This document shows, piece by piece, positions 48,800-58,227 of a stretch of 58,227 nucleotides of DNA. Position 1 is the first letter of the stretch; each line of letters starts with the position of its first letter. This DNA is from a virus. Taxonomy: Duplodnaviria > Caudoviricetes. The stretch is taken from positions 1 through 58,227 of the IMG/VR virus record IMGVR_UViG_3300027708_003611, one strand, 5' to 3'. The notes under the pieces are model-generated. The model ran no database searches. It saw only the letters and a program-made list of their open reading frames with translations, and was not told where the DNA came from. The position numbers and the translations under genes are program-made.

Positions 48800-49633
48800 A
48801 TGCCAAGAATAAAAACTAACGCCGATATTCCCGATATTCAGAATACTATAGACGGGTTTCCTAAGAAGTACATTCCAAAAGTAGGTACTCGTGATGCAAC
48901 ACTTCCCGTTAAAATTATTCGTAAAGACGGTACTACTAATGAAGGCTCAGGTAAGTTTTCAATGTATACTGACCTTACTTCTGAGAATAAAGGTACGAAC
49001 ATGAGTCGTTATCGTATTCTTATTGAAGAAGTAGTAAAGAAAGACGGTTATTATGTTCATGAGGTTATTAAGGATCTTCTTCACGAGTGTAAGGCTAGAT
49101 TAAAATCTGATAATGCCTATGTTAAGATTAAGTTTGATTATTTCCTTAAGCGTAAGGCACCTGTCTCCGGTATTGAGTCTCACATGGATTATCGCGGTAA
49201 TATGGAGGGACGTCTTATTGACGGTAAGGAGAGACTCTATCTTACAGTTCACGTTATGTACGCTTCTCTTTGCCCGTGCTCTAAAGAGATTAGTGATTAC
49301 GGAGCTCATAATCAACGCTCAGTAGCTGACGTTACTGTTGAGATTGATGAATCAAAGGGTATTATGTGGATTGAAGATATTATTGATATTGTTGAAAATG
49401 CTTCTTCTGCTCCTATTATTAACGCTCTTAAGCGTGTTGATGAAGCTTATCAAACTGAGCTTATGTACGAGAACCCGGTCTTTGTTGAAGATATGGTTCG
49501 TAAGATAGCAGTTGAGCTTGATAAGGAGCTCGATAACCGTATTAAGGATTATTCTGTAGTAGTTAATCACTTTGAGTCAATTCATACTGCAGTTGCAGTT
49601 GCTGTTATTAACGCTGGTCGCGAATTAAAGTAA
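48800..49633 (+). CDS. folE2: GTP cyclohydrolase IB
   Basis: PDIQ, KGTNMSR, LCPCSKEIS.YGAHNQRS, LKRVDE, NPVFVED.VR, ESIH. Confidence 0.93.
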   Translation: MPRIKTNADIPDIQNTIDGFPKKYIPKVGTRDATLPVKIIRKDGTTNEGSGKFSMYTDLTSENKGTNMSRYRILIEEVVKKDGYYVHEVIKDLLHECKARLKSDNAYVKIKFDYFLKRKAPVSGIESHMDYRGNMEGRLIDGKERLYLTVHVMYASLCPCSKEISDYGAHNQRSVADVTVEIDESKGIMWIEDIIDIVENASSAPIINALKRVDEAYQTELMYENPVFVEDMVRKIAVELDKELDNRIKDYSVVVNHFESIHTAVAVAVINAGRELK

Positions 49634-49634
49634 T

Positions 49635-50075
49635 ATGGCTGTATCAGAAGAACAACTTGCAGCAGCCATAATGGCTAAAATAACCGGTAATACTCTTAAA
49701 AAAGTAGACGAAAGTACACTTGTACCGGTTGGTATGGGTCCTGCTAATAAAGTAGACCCTATGAAGTTTGTTTCTTCTAATAACAACGTTATTATTACTC
49801 AGCAACAACAAAAAGAAATTGAAGAGCGTAATAGAGAAGCTGAAAGGTTGTACCCTTTACCTTCTCAGCCTTTAACACCACCATTACCTTCTCTTCCTAG
49901 TGTTACCTCTGCACCTGTACTGCAGCAAGAATACGATCCTCAATTATTTTTACCCTTAACGTATGATATACCTGTAGCTAAAGCAGCTACTACTGAATTA
50001 ATTGATACGCTTAAATCAGTTAATAATAACCTTAGTAAGCTTGCAAATTTATTTGAAGAGTGGCTAACACGCTAA
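49635..50075 (+). CDS. hypothetical protein
   Basis: 146 aa, Pro-rich centre. Confidence 0.6.
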   Translation: MAVSEEQLAAAIMAKITGNTLKKVDESTLVPVGMGPANKVDPMKFVSSNNNVIITQQQQKEIEERNREAERLYPLPSQPLTPPLPSLPSVTSAPVLQQEYDPQLFLPLTYDIPVAKAATTELIDTLKSVNNNLSKLANLFEEWLTR

Positions 50076-50797
50076 ACATTAATAAAGAAAGCTTTGTACA
50101 AAAGTTTTTACAGCCAATTAGTAAAATAGCTGATAATATATCATTAATACCTAATGATAATGAGTTGTATGCTGTATGTTCATCTCAAGACGGTAGTATT
50201 GTTTTACTTGCTACTCTTAAACATAATAGTTTATTAGATAACATTGTAAAAATTAATTTACCAGATGTTAAAAAATTTGTTAGGTTATTAGATTGTGTTG
50301 ATGATAATGACGTAGTTATATCTTTAGAAAATAATCATTTAAAGTATAATACTGTTAATTTTAAATTTAACTATTATTTGCTTGAAGATAGTTATATGCA
50401 AAGATGTCCAATAAACCCTGATAAAATTAAATTATTAAAATACGATTCGGAGTTTATATTATCTAATATTAAGTTTAATGAAATATTAAAAGGTAGTTCT
50501 ATAGCTACTGATTCTGATAAACTTTATTTTTTTACTAAAAATGATGAAGTATATGCTGAATTAAATGACTATAATCGTCAAAATATTAACAATATTACAT
50601 ATCTTGTGACAGATAAGTTCAGTGGTGAACCGATTAAAAATGCGTTACCTTTAAATCTTGAAAACGTAAGAATGTTAGCTGGTCTTCGAACTGAAAATAT
50701 TACTGTAAAAATTAATAATTCCTTAAAGGTTACATTATTTGAAATAGAAGATAAGCATGTTTCTATAAAATTTATTATATCCGCTCTTGTAAAATAA
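50060..50797 (+). CDS. sliding clamp (gp45/PCNA-like)
   Basis: 245 aa two-domain size, D.KKF..LL pattern, replication context. Confidence 0.6.
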   Translation: MANTLNINKESFVQKFLQPISKIADNISLIPNDNELYAVCSSQDGSIVLLATLKHNSLLDNIVKINLPDVKKFVRLLDCVDDNDVVISLENNHLKYNTVNFKFNYYLLEDSYMQRCPINPDKIKLLKYDSEFILSNIKFNEILKGSSIATDSDKLYFFTKNDEVYAELNDYNRQNINNITYLVTDKFSGEPIKNALPLNLENVRMLAGLRTENITVKINNSLKVTLFEIEDKHVSIKFIISALVK

Positions 50798-50821
50798 CAA
50801 ATACGAGATAAATCTTTATAT

Positions 50822-51139
50822 ATGTCTAACAAATTAACAACCTTAGGTTATACAGTTAAGAGATTACGTGATAGTGGTTACTATACACATAAAATATTTA
50901 CAGAGTATAATGATTCTGATCCTCGAGCTTGGACAATTGTAATTGACCCGGGTGTATCGTCTATTTTTTGTACGTGTGTTGTTAATGATCCGTATATTGG
51001 GGAATCGTATTTTGAATTATTTGATGGTGGTCAATTTATACCGGGACGTCTTAAAATTAAAACTTCTTCTTATGAAGTTTTAATTGAGCATCTTGTTAAG
51101 TACGGTATTAATAATAAAGCTTCAGGTTATAATAGTTGA
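50822..51139 (+). CDS. hypothetical protein
   Basis: 105 aa. Confidence 0.6.
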   Translation: MSNKLTTLGYTVKRLRDSGYYTHKIFTEYNDSDPRAWTIVIDPGVSSIFCTCVVNDPYIGESYFELFDGGQFIPGRLKIKTSSYEVLIEHLVKYGINNKASGYNS

Positions 51140-51179
51140 TATATATCTACATCTGTAGATGAATAAATAATATATATAT

Positions 51180-51560
51180 ATGGCTACCGGTGATCAAGAT
51201 AAAAAAAAGGCAGCCTCTAAAAAAATATCAAAAAAAATAAAAACAAACACACTTAATTTAAGTGGTGTTGATATTGATGATACTTTTAAAAAGGTAGTAG
51301 AGTCAAATTTGTTAATTGAAGATGTAATTAAACAAGCATTTCTTAGATTTTATGACACTGCTTCTATAAAACATTCTAAGGTTAAAGATCTCGAACAACT
51401 TGATCATTTAACTGAAGAGTATCTTCAATCATATATGATTCTTGGTTACGATCTAAACGGAGAAAAAGTTTCTATTATACACGCTATTAATCCACACGAT
51501 AGAGACGCATTAGTAGAACATTTAAGAACAACTCTTTTAAATTTTATTGGTGACCGATAA
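51180..51560 (+). CDS. hypothetical late protein upstream of terminase
   Basis: ATAAATA upstream; 126 aa. Confidence 0.6.
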   Translation: MATGDQDKKKAASKKISKKIKTNTLNLSGVDIDDTFKKVVESNLLIEDVIKQAFLRFYDTASIKHSKVKDLEQLDHLTEEYLQSYMILGYDLNGEKVSIIHAINPHDRDALVEHLRTTLLNFIGDR

Positions 51561-51573
51561 ATAAGGTTACTTC

Positions 51574-53325
51574 ATGAACGATGAGATATTAGAGAAACCC
51601 ATTGACGATAATCAATTTTATCGTGGTGATAAAAACATCCCTAAAGAGGATGCTCAATTTGAATGGACCCCGAAAATGGTTCGGGAAATTAAAAAATGCA
51701 AAGAGAGTATTATTCATTTTGCTGAGAGTCATTTTTATATTGTAGAAGCCGATCGAGGTAAACAAAAAATAGAACTTTATAAAGCACAAAAGCGCGCTCT
51801 CAAGAGTCTTGCTGATAATCGATTTGTCTGTGTACTAGCCTCTCGTCAAGTAGGTAAGACAACTATTACTACTATATACGCTCTTTGGAATACATGTTTT
51901 TTTGATGATAAGCGTGTTATTATTGTAGCTAATAAAGAATCAACAGCTATTAATATTTTTAAAAAAATACGTTTAGCTTATGAAATGTTACCAAACTATC
52001 TTAAACCTGGTGTTAAAGAATATGGTAAAACAGGTTGTACGTTTGCAAATGGATCTAGTATAGGTATTAGTACTACTACGTCGACAGCAGCAAGAGGTGA
52101 TACTGCAAATATTCTCTGTATTGACGAAGCTGCGTTTATCGATCAAAACTTTATGGAAGAATTTTGGAAATCAGTTATTCCTATTATTTCATCAGGTAAG
52201 ACAACAAAAATTTTTATGGTTAGTACCCCTAACGGTACTAATAATAAATTTTACGAGATATATTCAGGAGCTGAAAAAGAAGTTAACGGGTGGCATGCCG
52301 AAAGAATTGATTGGTGGGATGTACCAGGTAGAGGTGAAAAATGGCGTAAGCAAATGGCATCTGCGTTAGGCTCTGATGAAGCATTTCAACAAGAGTTTGG
52401 AAATACATTTCTTGATCCGGGTAATTCAGCTGTTGGTGCTTCTGTTATTGAAAGATTTAAAGAAAAAAAGAAACCAATAATATGGACTTGTGATGAAGGA
52501 CATTATAAAGTTTTTGAAGCACCGGATCCATCTAAATTATATGTAATAGGCGTCGATGTAGGTGAAGGTATTGGTAGAGCAGCAACAGTATCTCAAGTAC
52601 TAGATATAACCGATTTAAAAGAAATAAAAGAAGTAGCGGTATACGGTACTAATATTATTGAACCGTATCATTACGCTAATAATTTAGTTAATCTCGCCTG
52701 TCAATGGGGTAACCCACCACTACTAGTCGAGAGAAATAATTGCGGTGCACAAATTATCGATACCCTATTTCATAAACACTTTTATGAAAAAATAGTTAGT
52801 TGCTCAAAACTTGCTAACACCGGCTCTTTTTCTAATACAAGACATTTAGGTATATTAAGTCATAACAATCTGAGGTTTGCTGGAGTTGCTAATATGCGTT
52901 ACTGGATTAACTTTTTACAGGTTGTTCATATTAATGATATGGATACGATTAAAGAGCTTGAAACGTTTATTAGATACCCAAACGGAACGTATAGAAAAAA
53001 GAATGATAACTTCTATGATGATAGAGTTATGTCCCTTGTTTGGGGATTATTTGCGCTTGAACCTGAAATATGCGAACAATATTTTCAAGTAGATGAGTAT
53101 GATGAGCAAAATAAACCATTAAAAATTTCTAGCTTAGATTACAATGAAATTGATCCTAAGCTTTATGTATTAAAAGATTTAAGTACAGGTATATCAACAA
53201 ATATAGGAGGAGAGATAAAAGAAAAATACGAACCTTTATTATCTGAAGCAGAATATAATAAAGCAATGGACAATTCTGACTACTGGGATCTAATAAATAA
53301 TGGTTGGATGAACATTCACAATTAA
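51574..53325 (+). CDS. terminase large subunit (gp17-like)
   Basis: SRQVGKTT, IDEAAF, STPNG, F.QEF, GVDVGEG, ERNN, DDRVM. Confidence 0.95.
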   Translation: MNDEILEKPIDDNQFYRGDKNIPKEDAQFEWTPKMVREIKKCKESIIHFAESHFYIVEADRGKQKIELYKAQKRALKSLADNRFVCVLASRQVGKTTITTIYALWNTCFFDDKRVIIVANKESTAINIFKKIRLAYEMLPNYLKPGVKEYGKTGCTFANGSSIGISTTTSTAARGDTANILCIDEAAFIDQNFMEEFWKSVIPIISSGKTTKIFMVSTPNGTNNKFYEIYSGAEKEVNGWHAERIDWWDVPGRGEKWRKQMASALGSDEAFQQEFGNTFLDPGNSAVGASVIERFKEKKKPIIWTCDEGHYKVFEAPDPSKLYVIGVDVGEGIGRAATVSQVLDITDLKEIKEVAVYGTNIIEPYHYANNLVNLACQWGNPPLLVERNNCGAQIIDTLFHKHFYEKIVSCSKLANTGSFSNTRHLGILSHNNLRFAGVANMRYWINFLQVVHINDMDTIKELETFIRYPNGTYRKKNDNFYDDRVMSLVWGLFALEPEICEQYFQVDEYDEQNKPLKISSLDYNEIDPKLYVLKDLSTGISTNIGGEIKEKYEPLLSEAEYNKAMDNSDYWDLINNGWMNIHN

Positions 53326-53900
53326 TGACAACTAACCCTACTCAACAGTCTATTCTTAATAGAGCAAGTGACGATAAATTTTTACTTGTTTTAAATTTAC
53401 CTAAATACTTAAAACAACAATCTCTAACAGATAATTCAATTGATATTGAGCCGTTACAATTAAGTGTACATGGCACTATTGTACCCGCTATACAAGTACC
53501 ACCTGTTGAATTACGTTTTGGAGGTCAATCACATCATGTATCTAGCTACAGCCGCCCAAGTTATCCTCCTCTTGATATTAATTTTATGGTTGATAATAAT
53601 TTTAAGAATTATTGGCTGTTATGGAAATGGTTATCTATAATGAATGACCCGTTAGGTAGTTATTACGCAGGTACGCCTACTAATGCTCAAAGTGACATAT
53701 CTTCAGGTGTAAATACAGAGTATCAAACTGATTTTTCTATTTTTGGTTTAGATGAATATAATAATCAAGTGATAGAATTTATCTATCATAACGCATTTAT
53801 AACTAACTTAGGAGCAATTAATTACGAGTATAGAAATAATAATTTTATTGAATCAACAGCACAGTTTCAATTTAGTCAACTTGAAATAAATTTATTATAA
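53325..53900 (+). CDS. tail completion / tube terminator (gp3-like, tube fold)
   Basis: L.INFMVD.NF.NY..L.KW, F.YHNAF.T.LG.I.Y; TAATG overlap start. Confidence 0.65.
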   Translation: MTTNPTQQSILNRASDDKFLLVLNLPKYLKQQSLTDNSIDIEPLQLSVHGTIVPAIQVPPVELRFGGQSHHVSSYSRPSYPPLDINFMVDNNFKNYWLLWKWLSIMNDPLGSYYAGTPTNAQSDISSGVNTEYQTDFSIFGLDEYNNQVIEFIYHNAFITNLGAINYEYRNNNFIESTAQFQFSQLEINLL

Positions 53901-53942
53901 CTTAAAAAAATAATCTACTAGAGCATAAATAATAATACACAT

Positions 53943-56309
53943 ATGGCACTTACAATACAATCTCCAGGAGTACAGATCATCGAAACAGATTTGTCTCAGA
54001 CAATAGCAATACCAGGAGGTACATCCGTTTTAGTACCTGGTTTTGCAGCTCAAGGTCCAACCGACGAAATTTTACAGATTACATCAATTTCTGAATTTGA
54101 ACAAATTTTCGGTCTACCTGCTTCTCCAGCAGAACGTTATTTTTACTACTCTAGCGCCGCTGTTCTTAATTCTAACGGTAATCTTTTAGCAACACGTCTT
54201 CCTTACGGTTCTGGAGCTGGGGCCGGGTTTGCTCCTCAATATAGCGGTCTTTTCTATCCTGCTGCTTCTGCAGGAACAGCTGTATATTATACATCATCAA
54301 CTCCTATAACAGGGGGTGTTTTACAGCTCTCTGCTAATACAACAGCGCAAGCATTTTTAGCTTTTGAAACTTTAAGTTCTGTTAATATTAATACAGCTGT
54401 ATTAAGTTCCTACTCTACAACTACTATAGGAGGAAGTTCATTATGGACATTCGCATACGTTAATCAAACTTTCTTAAGTGCTTCTAATTCACAGATTGTT
54501 TTCGGTGCTCCTACTCACGTTACCTTTAGTGAAGACGTTTATAATAACCTACTTCATAATAACTTTGTATGGAAGACAACTTTACCTACTTATACAGGCT
54601 CTACACCAACGTTTAGCTTTACTCCTAATACAGGATCCGTATTTACAATAGTAAATGGTGTTAATACACTTGAAGGTGGTTTAGTTATACTAAATCAAGC
54701 ACAAACTACTATTGATGAAGCTTTTCAAGGTTATTACGTTAATATTTCTGACAATAGCGGTTTTGGTCTCAACGTACCATTTACTCAAGCAAATGCAATT
54801 ATTAGCTTATCAGGTAATGACTTATATAGTCAGCTTCCTACATCAAATCTTTCATTCGCTCTTACCGGAGCAGCTGGAACATTCGGTTCACTCTCTGAAC
54901 AAATTGAGTCTATACCAAACTTTAGTTTTGGTAATCCGTTCTATAACGATTCGCTTGTTGTTACAGTATTCAAGCTTCGTAATTCTTCATATCAACCTAA
55001 CGTCTTAACAAATGCTCTAGCAGAAGCCTTCGTTGGTTCTTTAGACTCAACAAAGAAAGATATTGCTCGTGTTGGTGGTATACCTAAGACAGCCTATATT
55101 GGTGATATTCTTAATAATAACTCTTCTAATATTAATGTTAATATTAATCCTGTAATATCAAGAGCTAATTACCATACAAGCAACGGTTCACCAAATCCAA
55201 CTACTAACGTAAGAGTAGCTGCTAATGCTCTATATCCATTAGGTATTTATTCCCCTACTTACGATCAAGTTAATGCCAATACAATTGGAGACGTTAATGC
55301 AAAACTTAATAGAGTTTTAACATTAATTGATTCACCTGATAAATCAAAGTTAGATCTCGTACTTGATGCAGGTCTTTCAACAATATTTGCTAATACATCT
55401 GGTGGCTCGATCGCTACATTTAATGATCAGCTAGTAGCTGATACAGCATCATTAAGCTCACAACCGACTTCCAGCACTATTCAGTACTGGCAAACAATCT
55501 TTAATACATTCAATAACTTCGTACAGAATACACGTAAGGATTGTATGTATATTGCTGACCCGCTTAGACAAATATTTGTTAACGGGACTAATCTTAAAAC
55601 ACTTGAAGTAAGAACTAATAATTTTACACAAAATATTTACACTCCATTACAGCAGCTATTTACTGGTATTGATACTAACTATTCAGCTACTTATGCTAAC
55701 TGGGTTAAAGTTTACGATAGCTTCAGTGATAATTTTGCATGGGTACCTGCTTCCGGTTACGTAGCTGGTATTTACGCTAATAATGACACACTCACTCAAC
55801 CTTGGATTGCTCCAGCAGGACTTAACCGCGGTATAATTAGAAACATTGTTGATATTGGATTTAATCCAAATCAAAAACAGCGTGATTATCTTTATACCCT
55901 ATCGATGAACCCGATTTGCCTGTTCCCTGGAGATGGATATGTAGTATTCGGTCAAAAGACATTACAAGCTAAACCATCTGCTTTTGATAGAGTTAATGTT
56001 CGTCGCTTATTCTTAACACTTGAGCGCGCCGTACAAAGAGCCGTTAAATACTTTGTATTCGAACCTAACACTACATTCACACGTACAAGATTAGTTAATA
56101 CAATTAAGCCAATCTTTTCATTAGCTCAAAATACTGAAGGGTTATATGATTACAAGATCGTTTGCGATACTCGTAATAATACACCTGACACTATTGATCG
56201 TAATCAGCTTAACGTTGATATCTACATTAAACCAACCCGCGCAGCAGAGTTTATCTTAGTAAACTTCATAGCTACACGAACAAGTCAAGATTTCAACGAA
56301 TTAATCTAA
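53943..56309 (+). CDS. contractile tail sheath (gp18-like)
   Basis: SPGV...E.DL, PW.APAG.NRG, GQKTL..K.SAFDR.NVRRLF, FEPN, KP.R.AEFI..NF.AT. Confidence 0.95.
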   Translation: MALTIQSPGVQIIETDLSQTIAIPGGTSVLVPGFAAQGPTDEILQITSISEFEQIFGLPASPAERYFYYSSAAVLNSNGNLLATRLPYGSGAGAGFAPQYSGLFYPAASAGTAVYYTSSTPITGGVLQLSANTTAQAFLAFETLSSVNINTAVLSSYSTTTIGGSSLWTFAYVNQTFLSASNSQIVFGAPTHVTFSEDVYNNLLHNNFVWKTTLPTYTGSTPTFSFTPNTGSVFTIVNGVNTLEGGLVILNQAQTTIDEAFQGYYVNISDNSGFGLNVPFTQANAIISLSGNDLYSQLPTSNLSFALTGAAGTFGSLSEQIESIPNFSFGNPFYNDSLVVTVFKLRNSSYQPNVLTNALAEAFVGSLDSTKKDIARVGGIPKTAYIGDILNNNSSNINVNINPVISRANYHTSNGSPNPTTNVRVAANALYPLGIYSPTYDQVNANTIGDVNAKLNRVLTLIDSPDKSKLDLVLDAGLSTIFANTSGGSIATFNDQLVADTASLSSQPTSSTIQYWQTIFNTFNNFVQNTRKDCMYIADPLRQIFVNGTNLKTLEVRTNNFTQNIYTPLQQLFTGIDTNYSATYANWVKVYDSFSDNFAWVPASGYVAGIYANNDTLTQPWIAPAGLNRGIIRNIVDIGFNPNQKQRDYLYTLSMNPICLFPGDGYVVFGQKTLQAKPSAFDRVNVRRLFLTLERAVQRAVKYFVFEPNTTFTRTRLVNTIKPIFSLAQNTEGLYDYKIVCDTRNNTPDTIDRNQLNVDIYIKPTRAAEFILVNFIATRTSQDFNELI

Positions 56310-56327
56310 CAACAATAAAATAAAATT

Positions 56328-56885
56328 ATGTCACAAAATATATCAGACTTCTACACATCAGTAAAGAGTAACGACTTTGCACGTCAATTTCAATTTCGAG
56401 TACAGCAATTAGCTAATATTTCTTTTACAGAAACTAATTTAGTTTATCTTGAAACTGCTAATTTACCCGGACGAACAATTGCTAATATACCTGTACCTTT
56501 TATGGGATTACAGTTCAACGTACCTGGTACAGCTAGTTACCCTGGATCTGACGCTTGGGCCGTAACATTTCGTTGCGATCAAAGCTACAATATACGTACA
56601 GCTCTTGAAGATGCTACTATTGCAACATTTGATGACAGCTCCTCAACCGGTAATTACAATATTGCCAGAACACCTAGTAATATTATTCTCGACTTACTTG
56701 ATAAAGGTATGGATACAGTTCGTCAGTATACTCTCTACGGTGCTTACGTACAGTCAATTGGAGATATAGCTTATAATATCGGAGATAACGGTTCAATTGT
56801 AACAGTACCTACTACTCTTGCTTATCAATACTGGAGAGTTACCGGCGGTGCTCAGGGTGCTACTGCAGCATTATATGCTGATTAA
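56328..56885 (+). CDS. tail tube protein (gp19-like)
   Basis: AR..QF, ANLPG, VPFMG, W.VTF, Y.L.GAY, LAYQYW; follows sheath. Confidence 0.85.
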   Translation: MSQNISDFYTSVKSNDFARQFQFRVQQLANISFTETNLVYLETANLPGRTIANIPVPFMGLQFNVPGTASYPGSDAWAVTFRCDQSYNIRTALEDATIATFDDSSSTGNYNIARTPSNIILDLLDKGMDTVRQYTLYGAYVQSIGDIAYNIGDNGSIVTVPTTLAYQYWRVTGGAQGATAALYAD

Positions 56886-56917
56886 TTCTAATTAACAGCA
56901 ATAAATAATATTGCTGT

Positions 56918-58227
56918 ATGGAATTTACTCAACAAATACCGTTTTTTTTAGAAAATTTTTTAAGTAAACCAGCCAGTGCGTTACCGAAAGGTGCGCAGTG
57001 GCTTTTACTTTTTAGTAGTGATAGTGATAGTAATGGTTCGCCGAGTTATTCAGAAGTTTTACCAGTTCAAGCTATAAAAAAAGGTATTAGTTACGAACCT
57101 GAAAGTTGGGATATAGATAAAGCAATAGAAATAACACTTCAAAGCGATTATCAGGATATTAAAGGTTGTCTATTTGTACAAGCTGTACAAATACCTGGTG
57201 AATCAAACGTTGTTAACCCCGAAGGTATACAGCAAAACGGTTTTATACGATCTCAAATTGGTGGAGGTAGAGATGCATACAGTGGTATGCAAATAGTATT
57301 TTTAGAAACTAATATAAGTTTTGTTGATAATGTTATTAGACCTTGGGTTATTGCTACATCTCATCTAGGTATGATTGCACGAAAAGGAGCTGATAATTAC
57401 CGCTGTAGAATTACAGCATATAAATTGGGGCTTTTAGGTAATAACGAACCTCCAACAGTTGTACAAAAATATACTTTTTACGGTGCTTGCCCGATATCTA
57501 TTGAAGGAGAAGAATATAACTACTCACCAGCAAGTAGTCCTATAAATCGTTCAACAACTTTTACATATCATTATTATAGCTTAGAGTCTGTAAAAAGTTT
57601 AAATAATAACAAATTACCTAATTCAACAATAAGTATTAGTACTACAACACCTGAAATAAATCAACCTACAATAGTACCAAGTACTATAACACCTGAAATA
57701 AATCAACCTACAATAGTACCAAGTACTATAACACCTGAAATAAATCAACCTACAATAGCACCAAGTCCTCCAATACCTGAAAACTCTGCACCGTTTATAG
57801 CACCAAGTACTATAACACCTGAAATAAATCAACCTACAATAGCACCAAGTCCTCCAATACCTGAAAACTCTGCACCGTCTATAGCACCAAGTCTTCCAAT
57901 ACCTGAAAACTCTGCACCGTTTATAGCACCAAGTCTTCCAATACCTGAAAACTCTGCACCGTTTATAGCACCAAGTACTACAACACCTGAAATAAATCAA
58001 CCTACAATAGTACCAAGTCTTCCAATACCTGAAGATCCTACACCACTTATAGCACCGAACCTTCCAATACCTGAAGATCCTGCATTGATTATAGCACCGA
58101 ACCTTCCAATACCTGAAGATCCTACACCACTTATAGTACCAAGTCTTCCAATACCTGAAGATCCTACACCACTTATAGTACCAAGTCTTCCAATACCTGA
58201 AGATCCTACACCACTTATAGTACCAAG
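56918..58227 (+). CDS. tube-fold baseplate/tail protein (gp54-like) with C-terminal P/T/S/I repeats; runs off the window end (not in ORF track)
   Basis: MEFTQQIPFF...VQIPGE...FLETN..F...IRPW...YTFYGACP.SI...Y.Y; open to 58227. Confidence 0.75.
   Translation, partial: MEFTQQIPFFLENFLSKPASALPKGAQWLLLFSSDSDSNGSPSYSEVLPVQAIKKGISYEPESWDIDKAIEITLQSDYQDIKGCLFVQAVQIPGESNVVNPEGIQQNGFIRSQIGGGRDAYSGMQIVFLETNISFVDNVIRPWVIATSHLGMIARKGADNYRCRITAYKLGLLGNNEPPTVVQKYTFYGACPISIEGEEYNYSPASSPINRSTTFTYHYYSLESVKSLNNNKLPNSTISISTTTPEINQPTIVPSTITPEINQPTIVPSTITPEINQPTIAPSPPIPENSAPFIAPSTITPEINQPTIAPSPPIPENSAPSIAPSLPIPENSAPFIAPSLPIPENSAPFIAPSTTTPEINQPTIVPSLPIPEDPTPLIAPNLPIPEDPALIIAPNLPIPEDPTPLIVPSLPIPEDPTPLIVPSLPIPEDPTPLIVP
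57638..58227 (+). repeat. 42-bp in-frame tandem repeat, ~14 copies, three sub-types
   Basis: units encode STITPEINQPTIVP, S(P/L)PIPENSAPFIAP and SLPIPEDPTPLIVP. Confidence 0.92.

Noticed and set aside
38309-53325. Inteins or introns in polymerase, helicase or terminase
   Set aside because: Lengths are normal and motifs are contiguous
57623-58000. Cys/Trp/Arg-rich minus-strand ORF
   Set aside because: Antisense shadow of the coding tandem repeat
57638-58227. CRISPR array
   Set aside because: Contiguous 42-bp in-frame coding units with no unique spacers

Overview
AT-rich fragment of a large T4-like myophage genome (standard genetic code). It contains the core replication/recombination module (gp61 primase, UvsY, UvsW, gp55 late sigma, gp47/gp46, gp43 PolB, UvsX, gp41, gp32, gp45), terminase and tail genes (gp17, gp3-like, gp18, gp19, gp54-like with a 42-bp tandem repeat), seven tRNAs and a phage-encoded ribosomal protein bS21. 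A dispersed 7-deazaguanine DNA-modification pathway is present: FolE2, QueD, QueE, QueF, a DpdA/TGT-like transglycosylase, a PurN-like formyltransferase and two NMP-kinase-like genes; QueC is not in the window. An ~8.3 kb glycosyl/methyltransferase island splits gp47 from gp46. Less expected signals: (i) a 136-nt rod-shaped RNA with a central bubble (6S-like) after bS21; (ii) an adjacent Pol-beta nucleotidyltransferase + RNA-ligase-like pair in a late operon, both with an N-terminal motif shared by several late proteins (possible capsid-targeting signal); (iii) replication genes with -10 boxes exactly 6 nt before the start codon (apparently leaderless), and late TAAATA promoters in the loops of hairpins abutting start codons; (iv) tRNA-Ile(UAU) with a long variable arm and tRNA-Leu(UAA) without one; (v) a free-standing Ubl/MoaD sulfur carrier and CysC. 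All calls are by-eye motif recognition; no database searches were run.
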